The position numbers were made by a program, and so were the translations under genes. The notes beneath the pieces are model-generated. The model was not told the DNA's origin. It did not search any database and saw nothing but the letters and a program-made list of their open reading frames with translations. From an uncultured delta proteobacterium (lineage in GTDB: Bacteria; Myxococcota_A; UBA9160; SZUA-336): a stretch of DNA of 64,000 nucleotides. Location: contig CAVPHD010000008.1 of NCBI GenBank assembly GCA_963704165.1, forward strand, positions 10,279 to 74,278. Direction: 5' to 3'. Numbering within the stretch: the first letter of the stretch is position 1; each line of letters opens with the position of its first letter. Of the stretch, positions 38,386 to 49,175 are shown one piece after another.

Positions 38386-39680
38386 GTCCATCGCGCGCAT
38401 TCGTCGCGCTGGCGGCGCTGGTGCTCGCGGTCGGGGTCGCCGCCGCGTTCCTGCCCGTGCTCCTGCCGGTTTGGTGGGGGACGCTCGCGCTGCTCGCGCT
38501 CGCGGGGCTGATCGACGCGAGCCTCGTGGCCGGTCCGTTCGAGGCGACCCGGAGCGCCCCGCAGACACTCGCGATCGGAACGCGGCACGCGATTTCGGTC
38601 GAGCTCGCGAACCGCGGTCGCCGCAGCTCGCGCATCGTCGTCTTCGACCACGTGCCGGCCGGTCTTGGCGCGACGGGACTTCCGCGCGCGTTCCGGCTCG
38701 GGCCCGGCGAGCGCGCGAGCTTCGAGTACGAGATCGCGCCGTGGTCTCGCGGTGAGCTCCGAATCGGTGCGCTCGAGCTCGTCGCGAGCTCCGCGCTCGG
38801 ACTCTGGCGGCGGCGTCTCCGCGCGGGAGAGGAGCAACGCGTTCGTGTGTACCCGAACTTCCGCGCCGTCTCGCGCTACGCGTTGCTCGCGGCGGCGAAT
38901 CGATCCGGCGAGCTCGGCATCCGCCGTCGTCCCCGTCGGGGCGAGGGGCTCGAATTCCACCAGCTGCGCGAATACCGCCAGGGCGACAGCCTGCGACAGA
39001 TCGACTGGAAGGCGACCGCGCGCCTCCGACGCGCGATCTCGCGCGAGTACGAGGAAGAGCGCGACCAGCAGATCGTGTTCCTGCTCGACTGCGGCCGCAA
39101 GATGCACGCGCGCGACGGTGCGCTCTCGCACTTCGATCACGCGCTCGACGCCGTCCTGCTGCTCTCCCACGTGGCACTGCGACAGGGCGACGCGGTGGGA
39201 CTGCTCGCGTTCAGCGGCTCCGAGCGCTGGCTCGCGCCGCGCAAGGGCGCGAAGCAGCTCGGCCGCGTGCTGAACTCGGTGTACGACCTCGAGAGCAGCT
39301 CACGCGCCTCGGACTATCTGGCGGCCGCGCAACGGCTCGCGACGCGGCTGCCCAAACGCGCGCTCGTGGTCGTGGTCTCGAATCTCCGCGACGAGGACCA
39401 CGAGGAACTCTTGCTCGCCGCTCGTCTGCTCGGACGCCGTCACCTGGTCTTCGTCGCGAGCATGAAAGAGCGCGCGCTCTCGGCCGCGCTCGAGGCGCGT
39501 GTCCACGACCTGGACTCCGCCCTCACGATCGCCGCGACGCATCAATACCTGCTCGCGCGACGTCGCGCCCACGAACTCCTGCGCCGAAGCGGCATCCTGA
39601 CGCTCGATGCCGAGCCGCACGAACTCGCCGTCGCGCTCGTGAACGGCTACCTCGACGTGAAGTCCGCCGGGGTTCTGTGA
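38382..39680 (+). CDS. DUF58 (vWA-associated) protein
   Basis: GEGLEFHQLREYRQGD, IDWKATAR, LLDCGR. Confidence 0.9.
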   Translation: MSPSRAFVALAALVLAVGVAAAFLPVLLPVWWGTLALLALAGLIDASLVAGPFEATRSAPQTLAIGTRHAISVELANRGRRSSRIVVFDHVPAGLGATGLPRAFRLGPGERASFEYEIAPWSRGELRIGALELVASSALGLWRRRLRAGEEQRVRVYPNFRAVSRYALLAAANRSGELGIRRRPRRGEGLEFHQLREYRQGDSLRQIDWKATARLRRAISREYEEERDQQIVFLLDCGRKMHARDGALSHFDHALDAVLLLSHVALRQGDAVGLLAFSGSERWLAPRKGAKQLGRVLNSVYDLESSSRASDYLAAAQRLATRLPKRALVVVVSNLRDEDHEELLLAARLLGRRHLVFVASMKERALSAALEARVHDLDSALTIAATHQYLLARRRAHELLRRSGILTLDAEPHELAVALVNGYLDVKSAGVL

Positions 39681-39705
39681 CGAGCCCCCGGCGCGAAGCG
39701 CGAAG

Positions 39706-39897
39706 TCACTCGGTGATGCTGATCGCCTGCCGCGGGCAGAGGCGGACGGCGGCCTCGACCTTCTTGCGCAGCGCCTCGGGCGGGTTCTCGATCAGGATGT
39801 GCAGGTTGTCGCTCTCGTCGACGCGGAAGACCTCGGGGGCCTGATCGACACACACGGCGTTGGCTTCGCACAGGTCGTAGTCGACGACGACTTTCAT
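39706..39897 (-). CDS. Ferredoxin (3Fe-4S type, P450 partner-like)
   Basis: MKVVVDYDLCEANAVC..APEVF...AVRLCPRQAI. Confidence 0.88.
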   Translation of the reverse strand: MKVVVDYDLCEANAVCVDQAPEVFRVDESDNLHILIENPPEALRKKVEAAVRLCPRQAISITE

Positions 39898-39979
39898 GGA
39901 TCGCTCCTGCAAGTTTGCGCGGACGAAGCCTACCACGGCGCGCGCGTTCTGGCGGTGGTTTGAGCGGGCGAAAACGGTC

Positions 39980-40561
39980 ATGCTTGGCCGCGACGTGGAG
40001 GACAGGGAAGCGCGAATCATCGCGACCGCGGTCGCACTGGCGGAGCGCGGCGGCTTCGAGGCCGACCGTCTGCGCGACGTGGCCGCGCATTCCGGGGTCG
40101 CGCTCGGCACCCTCTATCGCCACTTCCGCAGCAAGGACGAGCTGCTCGTCGCGGCGCTCGCGAGCGAGGCCCGGGGACTGGCCGCGCGCATGGCGAAGCA
40201 TCCGGCCGACGGCTCGACATCGCTCGACCGCGTGATGTCCTACTTCGGCGCGGCGACGCGCACGCTCTGCCGAAAGCCGAAGCTCACGAGGGCGGTGCTG
40301 CGCGCCGCGAGCTCCGACGAGCCCGAGCTCGCCGGAAAGATCCGCGCCTTCCACGGCGTGTCCGGGGACCTGCTGATCCAGGCCCTGCGCGGAGATCCGA
40401 GCGCGACGCTCGAAGCGTCGAGCGAGCGTGACCAGCGCGTCTGCGCGGTGCTGCAGCAGGTCTGGTTCGCCGCCCTGATCGGCTGGATGAGCGGACTGCA
40501 CAAGCAGTCCGCCGTCGTCGCGCAGGTTCGCAGCGCCGCCGAGCTGCTGATCCGCCGGTAG
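39980..40561 (+). CDS. TetR-family regulator (KstR-like)
   Basis: LRDVAAHSGVALGTLYRHFRSKDELL; VWFAALIGW. Confidence 0.85.
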   Translation: MLGRDVEDREARIIATAVALAERGGFEADRLRDVAAHSGVALGTLYRHFRSKDELLVAALASEARGLAARMAKHPADGSTSLDRVMSYFGAATRTLCRKPKLTRAVLRAASSDEPELAGKIRAFHGVSGDLLIQALRGDPSATLEASSERDQRVCAVLQQVWFAALIGWMSGLHKQSAVVAQVRSAAELLIRR

Positions 40562-40569
40562 TCGGCGCG

Positions 40570-41728
40570 TCAGGATTTCGCGAGCGAAAGCTCGAGTCGC
40601 TCGAGAATCTGCGTCAGGATCGAGCGCGAGGTCGCGAAGTTGAGACGCACGAATCCCTCGCCGCCGGAACCCGTTCTCCGTCCATCCGAGAGCGCGACGC
40701 GCGCGCGTTCGAGGAAGAACGTGAACGGATCCGGCGCGAGCCCGAGCGCGCGGCAGTCGAGCCAGGCGAGATACGTCGCCTCCGGCGAAACGTGCGCGAT
40801 GCCGGACAGGCGCTCCTTCACGAACTTCGAGACGAAGGCGCGATTGCCGTCGAGATAGGCGAGCACCTCGTCGAGCCAGGGCTGGCCGCTCGTCCAGGCG
40901 ATCTCGCTCGCGACCAGGCCAAAGCTGCCGAGACCACCGCGAAGATGGCCGGGCAGCGAGCGGAATCGCGTCTTCAGGGACGCGCTCCCGAAGACCGCGA
41001 CCGCGCAGCGAAGTCCCGCCATGTTGAAGGCCTTGCTCGCCGACGTGAGCGTGAGCGTGCGGGCGCAGATCTCGGGTCCGAGCGTCGCGATCGGAATGTG
41101 GCGGTGACCGGGGAAGACGAGATCGCCGTGGATCTCGTCGGAGATCACGATCAGATCGCGTTCGATCGCGATCTCGGCGATCCGCTCGAGCTCCGCGCGC
41201 GTGAACACGCGGCCGGTCGGGTTCTGCGGATTGCAGAGGATGAGGATGCGCGCGCGGCCGTCGCACTTCGCGCGCAGATCGTCGAAGTCGATCTCGTAAC
41301 CGCGCGGTCCGCCGACGAGCTCGTTCACGATCAGCGGCCGGTCGAGATCCGCGGTCGCGTTCAGGAACGGTGGGTACGCCGGGGTCTGCACCACGACCCC
41401 GTCGCCCGGCTCGGAGAGCGTGTGAATGCCGAGGTAGAGCCCCTGCACGACGTCGCTGATCACGAGCACGTCGTGCGGATCGACCGTCCAACCGAAGCGC
41501 TCGAGCGCGCCGCTTGGCGAAGACCGTCGGCAGCGCGCTCGGGGTCGGGTTGACCGGATAGCCCAGGTCGGAGATCCGCACGGCTTCCCCGAGGTAGCGC
41601 GAGATCGGCTCCGCGACCGGGAAGTCCATGTCCGCGACCCACGCCGCCAGCACGTCGGCCGGGTACTGCGTCCACTTCTCACCGCGCCGTCGGCGCAGGG
41701 TCTCGATCGAGAGGTCGTCGAAGCTCAC
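40570..41728 (-). CDS. PatB/MalY-family PLP-dependent C-S lyase (frameshift near 41510)
   Basis: WVADMDF in the 5' frame; LCNPQNPTGR, SDEIHGD, SASKAFN, EATYLAWLD in the 3' frame. Confidence 0.85.
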
Positions 41729-41738
41729 GCGTTCGATT

Positions 41739-44700
41739 CTAGCCGAGCCGCTCGCGGTTTCCGCTGCGCAGCCAGATCAGCTCGAGAGCAGGCTCCGGTT
41801 CACCCGGAAAGGCCAGCGCGACCCCGCGGGCGTAGGTCGAGAGCTGCTCGCGGTAGTGGGCACGCGCCGCGTCGTCGGGCGCCCTGTCCGACTTGTAGTC
41901 GGCCACCACCAGACGCCCGTCGGTGTCGCGGTAGAGCAGATCGATCGTCCCGTTCCAGGCGGTGTCGCCGTCGCGAAACGAGATCGGCAGCTCGCGGCCG
42001 AGTACGTTGATGCTCGCGAGGTAGCCGGGCAGCTCGCTCGCGGCGATCTCGGCGGCGAGCGCCCGTGACTCGCGGACGAGCAGATCGGCGTCGAGTGACT
42101 CGTCGGCCGCCACCCGCCGGGCGGCGAACTCGACGAGACCTTCGAGTGTCCGCGGGTCGCGGAAGTCCCAGCGTTCGAACGCATCGTGGAGAGTCGTTCC
42201 GATCGCGCGTCCGCGTCGGGCGCTCGGGGGTTCGGGCGGCGGCGGCAGCGGCGCTTCGGGTTCGAGATCGCTCGCGAGCTCGCGTGCCTCGGCGTCTTCG
42301 CGCAGGCCGGAGGGACTCCGGAACGGCGGACGCGCCGCGTTCCGGGCGATCTCGACGGCGCGCGAAGCACGCGCGACCGCTTCGCTCGTCGGTGTCGCTG
42401 CGGTCGCAGGCAGGGACGCCTCGACGCTCTCGGGCACGGGCACGGATCGCGCGATCACGTCCCGCTCCTCGCAGAGCGGCTCTTCGCTATCGAGGCCCTC
42501 TGCCGGGTATCCCCACGGCTTCAGGTAGTGGACGAAGGCCTCCGCCGGTGGCTTCGACTTGCGCGGGGCGTGCACGAAGATCAGGCGCCTTTCGGCGCGC
42601 GTGCACGCGACGTAGAAGACCCGTCCCGCCTCTGCGACCTCGTGGATCGTCTCCTGACGCTCGTGCTCGATCCAGCTCGAGGAGATCCCGGCTCGCGTCG
42701 AGATCGCGACGGCGTGCCCCGCTTCGACCCGCGCCCATTCGACCTCGACGCTCTCCTTCTCGCCGCCACCCTTCCCGCGTGAGAGATCCGGCAGGATCAC
42801 GACCGGGAATTCGAGCCCCTTGGCGCCGTGGATGCTGAAGAGGCGCACGCGATCGGGGCTCGCCTCGGCGTCGCCGGGGGACGTGCGTCGCTCCTCCGCC
42901 TCGAGCTCGCGCACCAACTCCGCGAGGTCGCGTCCGGGCCGGGCCTGCGCGACCTCGACCAGGTGCTCGACGAGATAGCCGAGGTCGGCGCCGCGTCGCT
43001 CCCCGTCCCGCGCGCCGGCGTGGATCGCGAGCAGCGGCGTCTCCTCGACGAGCGCCGTCAGCAGGCGTTCCGGTGCAGCCGAACGCGCGAGCGCGTACAG
43101 CTCTCGAAGCAGGCCGAAGCCACGCGAGAGCTGCGGGAGCTCGTCGGCGGGCGGTTCGACATCCGGATACGCCCAGCAAGCCTCGCGCTCGCGTCCACCG
43201 AAGCGGCCTGCCCACTTCGCGAGCTCAGCGTCGGGAACGGCGCCGAGAGGCGAGCGCAGGACCCCGATCACCGCCGGGGCGTCGGCGGGATTTGCGAGCG
43301 CACGCAGCAGCGCCAGAAGCTGTTTGCTCGCGGGTTGGGACTCGAGCTTCTCGCTGCGGCCGATCAGGCACGGGATGCGACGGTTCTGCAGCGCGCGGGC
43401 GTAGAGGTGGACGTCCCCCATTGCGCGGAAGAGGAGCGCAACGTCCTTCGGCTCGAGTCGCTTCGACGTGATTTCGGACTCGACCCAGGCGGCGATTGCC
43501 TCGGCTTCGGCGTGCCGCGCTTCGTCCGCATCGCGCTTCGATTCCGTACCGCCGACGGTCCAGACCTCGACGCTGGCGTCGCGATTCGGAGGGAGCCCCG
43601 ACGAGAGGCCTTCGTAGCCCGAGTAGGCGAGCTCGGGATCCGGATCGGATGTGGAGAGCACTTCTTCGAAGAGGCGATCGATGGGTTGGAGGACCTCCGG
43701 GACCGCGCGGAAATTCGTGACCAGCTCGAGTCGGGCGCCGCCGTTCCGCTCCACCACGTGCGCGGTCGCGTTCTTGTACGCCGAGATGTCGGCACCGCGA
43801 AAGCGATAGATCGCCTGCTTGGGATCGCCGACGATGAAGAGCTTCCCCGCCGCGAGCTTCGTGTCGTAGGCGTCCTGCGCGGGCTCGGAACTCGGATCCT
43901 CGGCGATCAGGAACACGATCCGGTACTGCAGCGGGTCCGTGTCCTGGAACTCGTCGAGAAAGAGCGTTTCGAAACGGGCTCCGAGCTCGCGGCGGATCTT
44001 CGGGTGTGCGAGGACGAGGTCGTGCGCCAGTGCGAGAAGCGCGTCGTAGGGCAGAATTCCCTGGACGCGCGCCTCTCGTTTCACGGCGCTCGCGTAGGGC
44101 GCGATCAGACCGAGCGCGTCGGAGAGCAGCTCGTCGTCGATCTTGCGCAGGCGGACGAGAGTCGGATAGAGGTCGTTCGCGAGATCGGCAGCGTCCGCGT
44201 AGCCCGACTTCGTCGGTGGCGTCGTGTCGAGCAGGCTCCGATCCTTGCCTCGACCGCTGGTGCAGCGCGCACCGTCGAGCGCGGCACAGCAGGCCGAGAG
44301 GCCGTCGTCGAGAAGCACCTGCAGCGCGCCCCGAGCGGCTGCGAGCCAGCTCTCGGGTCCATCCGCCGGAGTCCCGGAGAGAAGCGCGTCGATTCGCGCG
44401 AGCGCGGACCTTGCCGTGACGTCGAGGATCGAGCTCGCCTCCAGCAGTCCGCTCTCGATGACCGGCTCCGGGACCTCGAAGGAGGAGCACGCGCGACCGA
44501 GGATCTCGAGCTCGGCGAGGTCGAGCAGCGCGAGCACGCGACTCCAGACGGATTCGCGGGTGCCGCCGGGACCGTCGTCGCCGGACAGGAACGCGGACCA
44601 CGTCTCGCGCCGCAGCTCCTCGAAACCCAGTCCGTTCTCGACGGAGAAACGCGGATCGACTCCCGACTCGATCGGGAATCGGCGAAGGAGTCGCGCGCAG

Positions 44701-45092
44701 AAGCTGTGGATGGTCGAGATGTCCGCGCGCTCGAGATCTCGAAGACGAAGCGAGGCCAGCGCTTCGATCCGCTCGATCGAGACGTGTTCGAGGAGCCAGA
44801 CGTACGCACGTCCGGCCGCGCTGGCCAGATCCGCGTCCGCGGGGGGCGTGTGCGCGCGAGCGAGCCGTACCAGCTCGGCGAGACCCGCGGCGAGGCGCGT
44901 GCGCATCTCCGCGGTCGCCTTCTCGGTGAACGTGATCGCGGTGAAGGCATCGACGTCGAGATCGCGCGCGATCATCTGACAGATGACGCGCTCGACGAGA
45001 AGACTGGTCTTCCCGGTTCCCGCGCCGGCGACGACGATGACGTTCTCGTCGAATGCGTGCGCGGCGCGTTCGCGCGCGGGAGCGTCGTTCAC
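41739..45092 (-). CDS. addA: AddA-like UvrD helicase-nuclease
   Basis: AGAGTGKT, DEFQDT, VGDPKQAIYRFRGA, HGAKGLEF, YVACTRA, C-terminal GTIDLL..DYK. Confidence 0.85.
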   Translation of the reverse strand: MNDAPARERAAHAFDENVIVVAGAGTGKTSLLVERVICQMIARDLDVDAFTAITFTEKATAEMRTRLAAGLAELVRLARAHTPPADADLASAAGRAYVWLLEHVSIERIEALASLRLRDLERADISTIHSFCARLLRRFPIESGVDPRFSVENGLGFEELRRETWSAFLSGDDGPGGTRESVWSRVLALLDLAELEILGRACSSFEVPEPVIESGLLEASSILDVTARSALARIDALLSGTPADGPESWLAAARGALQVLLDDGLSACCAALDGARCTSGRGKDRSLLDTTPPTKSGYADAADLANDLYPTLVRLRKIDDELLSDALGLIAPYASAVKREARVQGILPYDALLALAHDLVLAHPKIRRELGARFETLFLDEFQDTDPLQYRIVFLIAEDPSSEPAQDAYDTKLAAGKLFIVGDPKQAIYRFRGADISAYKNATAHVVERNGGARLELVTNFRAVPEVLQPIDRLFEEVLSTSDPDPELAYSGYEGLSSGLPPNRDASVEVWTVGGTESKRDADEARHAEAEAIAAWVESEITSKRLEPKDVALLFRAMGDVHLYARALQNRRIPCLIGRSEKLESQPASKQLLALLRALANPADAPAVIGVLRSPLGAVPDAELAKWAGRFGGREREACWAYPDVEPPADELPQLSRGFGLLRELYALARSAAPERLLTALVEETPLLAIHAGARDGERRGADLGYLVEHLVEVAQARPGRDLAELVRELEAEERRTSPGDAEASPDRVRLFSIHGAKGLEFPVVILPDLSRGKGGGEKESVEVEWARVEAGHAVAISTRAGISSSWIEHERQETIHEVAEAGRVFYVACTRAERRLIFVHAPRKSKPPAEAFVHYLKPWGYPAEGLDSEEPLCEERDVIARSVPVPESVEASLPATAATPTSEAVARASRAVEIARNAARPPFRSPSGLREDAEARELASDLEPEAPLPPPPEPPSARRGRAIGTTLHDAFERWDFRDPRTLEGLVEFAARRVAADESLDADLLVRESRALAAEIAASELPGYLASINVLGRELPISFRDGDTAWNGTIDLLYRDTDGRLVVADYKSDRAPDDAARAHYREQLSTYARGVALAFPGEPEPALELIWLRSGNRERLG

Positions 45093-47920
45093 CGTCGCGC
45101 CTCTCGCAGTTCGAACCAGCGCCTGGAGATGCCCGAGGATCGCACGCGTTCACGGCTGGCGGGTTCGGTTCGTCGACACGCGATCGTGTAGGCACAGTAG
45201 CGGCACTCGGCGCGATCTTCGTGAAACGGAAACACCCCCGCCGAGAGCAGCCGGGTGAGCTCGGCGAGCACCGGACGTGAGAGATCTTCGATTCTCGCAA
45301 GCGGAAGGCTGCGCTCGGCTCGCCGGTCGCCGTCGCGATCCCGTTCCGGGCGCAGCGGCACCGGAAGCGCCTCGCCCGTGACCGCCGCGGTGTCGCGAAC
45401 CGTCGAGACCGCGAGGGCGTAGAGCGGGATCTGCAGCGACGCGCCCCGCTTCACCCGCGTCTCGTTCACGGGCCTGCCGAAGTCACGGCCGGTCTTGTAG
45501 TCGCCGACGCGGAGCACGCCGTTGGAATCGCGGACGATGCGGTCGATCTGGCCCTTGATCGCGAGTTCGATCCCTTCGCCGAGGTCGAGGATGGCCTCGA
45601 TCGGATCTTCGGTCTCGAGCTCGTCGATGCCGCCGGGCAGAAGCTCGTGGAGATCGCGTTCCAGGAAATCCTCGAGGGCGCGTCGGAGGAGCTCCTGGTA
45701 CGCGCTCCAGACCGCGGGCCTTCGCTCTCGGATGCGAGCTCGGGCTTCCGTCGCGGAGTCCGCGAGCGCCGGCGCGAGCAGACCGCGCGCGCGCTCGAGC
45801 GCGACACCAGGCGATGTACCGGCGCGCAGCAGGCCGAGGTCGAAGAGCTGCCGGTAGACGAGCCGGAGCGTCGCGTGCACGAGAGAGCCCGCTTCGGCAG
45901 GATCGAGGGCGTCGGCCGCGGGCTCTTCGAGTTCCCGCGCGCCGAGGATCCGCTGGAAGAAGGCTTGCAACGGGCAACGGCCGAGACGGTCGATGAAGCT
46001 CGGTGAGAACGCGCCCGGCAGAGTCAACGCGTCGGCTCCGACGGAGCCGTCGTACGGCAGCGCGTTCGCGCGGGTCGCCTCCGTCGCCCGAAGCAGCGCG
46101 TGCCCGGCGTCCAAGATGCGCGCGGACCCGGAGACCCGGGACGCGGACGCGCGTGCGAACGTCGGAGCGTCACCCTTGGGTGTCGTCAGCATCGACAGGA
46201 CGTCGGTGCCCGGCGCCGCGAAGGGCAGATCGCGGAGCAGCCCCGAAGGCGCGAGCGCACGGCCGGCACCGTCGGCGATCGGGAACGAGACCACAACGTG
46301 CTCTCGTGCCTGCGCGAGCAGCAGTCCGAGGAGGAAGCGCTCCTCGGGAATCGCCCATTCCCGAATCGGAACCGGGCGACGCAGGGTCTTGCGCAGTGCC
46401 GTGCGCACGCGATCGGGAAGGAACGGATCGTCGGCGGAATCGCGCGGCCAGGCGCCGTGCACCATGCCGATCAGGAAGAGATGCGAGCAGGGGAGGCCGC
46501 GCGCCTGGATCGCGTCGAGGATCCGCACCCCTCCACCGTCGCTGGGACTCCAGCTCGTGGAGCGTTCCAGAAGCGCGGCTTCGAGCGCGGTCGTGAGCTC
46601 GATGCCGCTCGGCGCTCGCTTCGCGCGCGCCTTGCGATCGACGTCGTCGAGAACTCCCACGCTCTCGAGAGCGGCGCGGCACTCCCCGCCCGCGAGGTCG
46701 CTCGCGAGCCCGAGCGCGATCGCAACCGCGTCGGTGAAGCTGCGCGCGGCGGCGAACTCCGCCCGGGCCGTGAAGAGGCGCTCGAGCTCGGCGCGAAGCT
46801 CGCGGAGCTCCGGCGAGGGCTCTCCCGCGTCGAGCGCGGCTCGCCAGTCCGCGTCGCCGCGAATCACGGCTCCCGTGCGTGCGAGTCGCTCGGCGAGCTT
46901 CGCGACTCCGCGCTCGCAGATCCGGTCGAGCAAGCGCACGACCGGCGCGCGTTCGAGATCGCGGCCGAGCGCGCGCACGAGATCGAGCCAGGTGCGCGCC
47001 TCGGGCGCGGCCACGGCGGGACGCGTGAGCGACGAGGTCACCGGAATTCCGTAGCCGTCGAAGATCGGCGGCAGCCATGCGGCGTAGGGCTCGAGGGAGC
47101 GCGCGACGATCAGGATCTCGCGCGGCGCGACGCCGGTCTCGATCAGGGCGAGCACCTCGCGAGCGACGTGTTCGAGCTCCTCACGCGGCGTTCGCGCCTG
47201 AAGCACGCGGAGCGCGTCCTCTGGAATCGTGCCGTCGCGCGTCAGCGCCGGGTCGGCGACGAGCTCGATCGCCTCGGGCCGGAAGCGCCACGGCCATTCC
47301 TCGCGCAGTCGCTCCGCGTGGTCGTTCGCCCAATCCGGCTGGAAGAAGCGCAGGCCGTCGGACGGCAACGCCCCGGCGATCGCTTCGATCAGATCACCGG
47401 CCGATCCGACGAGCTCCGTCGCTCCGTGCACCTCTGCACTCGTGTACCCGCGTCGCGCGACCCAGGCCGGAGCGCCGCGTGCGGCGAGGCGGAACAAGCC
47501 GATCCGGTCGTACGAGCCATCGCCCTCGAGCTCCGTCAGCGCTCGTTCCACGTCGGTGTAGAGCGCGCGCAGGTCGGCGACCTCGTCCGGGAGCGAAGCC
47601 GGCGCGACGCCCGCGTCCCGAAGGTCGCGAAGCGTCGAGGCGAGGGCCGGCGCGAAGCCGGGGCGCTCCGTGATCAGCGGTCCGAAGCGATCACTTCGCT
47701 GCGCGCAGACCGCGATCAGACGCGTGAACGCGATTCCGCCGAGTCGATGTCGGACAGGGGTTCCGGTTTCGGCCGCGCAGCGCTCCGCGAGTCCACGCAG
47801 GTTCAGGAACTCGCGGCCGAGCAACGCGGCGCCGCGCGCGTCGTCGAGCGCGCGAAGCCGTCGCTCGCGCAGGACGCGCGACGATGCCGCGATCTCGAGG
47901 ACGCGCTCGACTCCGCTCAC
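45089..47920 (-). CDS. addB: AddB-like subunit with PD-(D/E)XK nuclease
   Basis: GRCP, GQIDRI, DYKTG, QIPLY, CRYCAYTIAC; GTGA overlap with addA. Confidence 0.8.
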   Translation of the reverse strand: MSGVERVLEIAASSRVLRERRLRALDDARGAALLGREFLNLRGLAERCAAETGTPVRHRLGGIAFTRLIAVCAQRSDRFGPLITERPGFAPALASTLRDLRDAGVAPASLPDEVADLRALYTDVERALTELEGDGSYDRIGLFRLAARGAPAWVARRGYTSAEVHGATELVGSAGDLIEAIAGALPSDGLRFFQPDWANDHAERLREEWPWRFRPEAIELVADPALTRDGTIPEDALRVLQARTPREELEHVAREVLALIETGVAPREILIVARSLEPYAAWLPPIFDGYGIPVTSSLTRPAVAAPEARTWLDLVRALGRDLERAPVVRLLDRICERGVAKLAERLARTGAVIRGDADWRAALDAGEPSPELRELRAELERLFTARAEFAAARSFTDAVAIALGLASDLAGGECRAALESVGVLDDVDRKARAKRAPSGIELTTALEAALLERSTSWSPSDGGGVRILDAIQARGLPCSHLFLIGMVHGAWPRDSADDPFLPDRVRTALRKTLRRPVPIREWAIPEERFLLGLLLAQAREHVVVSFPIADGAGRALAPSGLLRDLPFAAPGTDVLSMLTTPKGDAPTFARASASRVSGSARILDAGHALLRATEATRANALPYDGSVGADALTLPGAFSPSFIDRLGRCPLQAFFQRILGARELEEPAADALDPAEAGSLVHATLRLVYRQLFDLGLLRAGTSPGVALERARGLLAPALADSATEARARIRERRPAVWSAYQELLRRALEDFLERDLHELLPGGIDELETEDPIEAILDLGEGIELAIKGQIDRIVRDSNGVLRVGDYKTGRDFGRPVNETRVKRGASLQIPLYALAVSTVRDTAAVTGEALPVPLRPERDRDGDRRAERSLPLARIEDLSRPVLAELTRLLSAGVFPFHEDRAECRYCAYTIACRRTEPASRERVRSSGISRRWFELREARR

Positions 47921-47926
47921 GTTTGC

Positions 47927-49072
47927 CTAGCGCAGCTCCCGGAAGAACTTTCGGATGTCCTCGACGAGAAGCTTCGGCTCCTCGAGCGCGGCGAAGTGGC
48001 CGCCGGTCTCGAAGACCGACCACTGCTTCACGTTGAAGGCGGCCTCGGCCCACGTGCGCGGCGCCTTGTAGAGCTCCTTCGCGAAGATCGCCCCCGCGGT
48101 CGGCACCTCGACCCGGCCCTCGGCCGCGCCGAAGCGGCCCGAGCGCATCGACTCGCAGTAGAGCCGCGTCGACGACGTGATCGACTGCGTGGTCCAGTAG
48201 ATCATCACGTTGGTGAGCAGCTCGTCCTTCGTGAAACGCGACTCGACGTTCCCATCGCAGTCGCTCCAGGTGCGGAACTTCTCGACGATCCAGGCCGCGA
48301 GGCCGGCCGGGGAATCGTTCAAGCCGTAGCCGAGCGATTGCGGCTTGGTCCCCTGGATCTGCTGGTAGCCGGTCTCGTTCTTCTGGAAATTCCCCATCTC
48401 GCCGAGCCAGCCGAGCTCTTCCGGCGTCACGCCCTCCATCGGATTGGCGACACCGGCCGGTGGACCCGCGACGAGCATGTTCATGTGGATGCCCGCGCAA
48501 TGCGTCGGATCGACGCGGGCGACCCACGACGTCGCGATCGCACCCCAGTCCCCGCCTTGCGCGCCGTAGCGCGAGTACCCGAGCTGGCCCATCAGGGCGG
48601 CGACGGTTTCGCCGACGCGGCGGATGTCGAAGCCGGGCTCGTGCGGCGGCTCGCTCCAGCCGTAGCCCGGCATCGACGGGCAGACGACGTGGAACGAGTC
48701 CTCTTTCCGTCCACCGTGCGCGGCCGGATCGGTGAGCGGGCCGATGATCTTGTGGAATTCGTACACCGACCCCGGCCAGCCGTGCGTGATCACGAGCGGA
48801 AATGCGCCGGGATCCTTCGAACGCTGGTGAATGAAGTGCACGTCGAGATCGCGCACCTTCGTCTTCCAGTGCTCGAACTGGTTCAACGCGCGTTCGTGCG
48901 CGCGCCAATCGTACTTCGACTGCCAGTACGCGACGAGCTCGCGCAGGTACGAGAGCTCCGTTCCGTAATCCCAGTTCGCGCCCTCGAGCTGATCGGGAAA
49001 GCGCGTGCGCGCGAGGCGATCCGCGAGATCCTTCAGCACGCTGTCGGGAACTTCGATCTTGAAGCGCTGCAC
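47927..49072 (-). CDS. Epoxide hydrolase (microsomal/EHN type)
   Basis: HGWPGS, PSMPGYG, QGGDWG, DSPAGLAAW, GGHFAALE. Confidence 0.92.
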   Translation of the reverse strand: MQRFKIEVPDSVLKDLADRLARTRFPDQLEGANWDYGTELSYLRELVAYWQSKYDWRAHERALNQFEHWKTKVRDLDVHFIHQRSKDPGAFPLVITHGWPGSVYEFHKIIGPLTDPAAHGGRKEDSFHVVCPSMPGYGWSEPPHEPGFDIRRVGETVAALMGQLGYSRYGAQGGDWGAIATSWVARVDPTHCAGIHMNMLVAGPPAGVANPMEGVTPEELGWLGEMGNFQKNETGYQQIQGTKPQSLGYGLNDSPAGLAAWIVEKFRTWSDCDGNVESRFTKDELLTNVMIYWTTQSITSSTRLYCESMRSGRFGAAEGRVEVPTAGAIFAKELYKAPRTWAEAAFNVKQWSVFETGGHFAALEEPKLLVEDIRKFFRELR

Positions 49073-49139
49073 GTTCGGTCCTCCAACGGATGGCGAAGTC
49101 CGGGCGCGATTATCGCTCGTCGCGCGCGAGAAGTTGTGG

Positions 49140-49168
49140 TTGACACCGTCGTGTCGCGGGCGTAACTG
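49140..49168 (+). promoter_or_regulatory. Putative sigma70 promoter
   Basis: TTGACA-17 nt-TAACTG (perfect -35, imperfect -10) with no credible protein gene downstream on this strand. Confidence 0.5.
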
Positions 49169-49175
49169 TGTGATT

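Noticed and set aside
33032..41728. Programmed frameshifting or phase variation in RDD, SpoIIM and PatB
   Set aside because: No slippery heptamers or long homopolymer/SSR tracts at the shifts; sequence error is more parsimonious.
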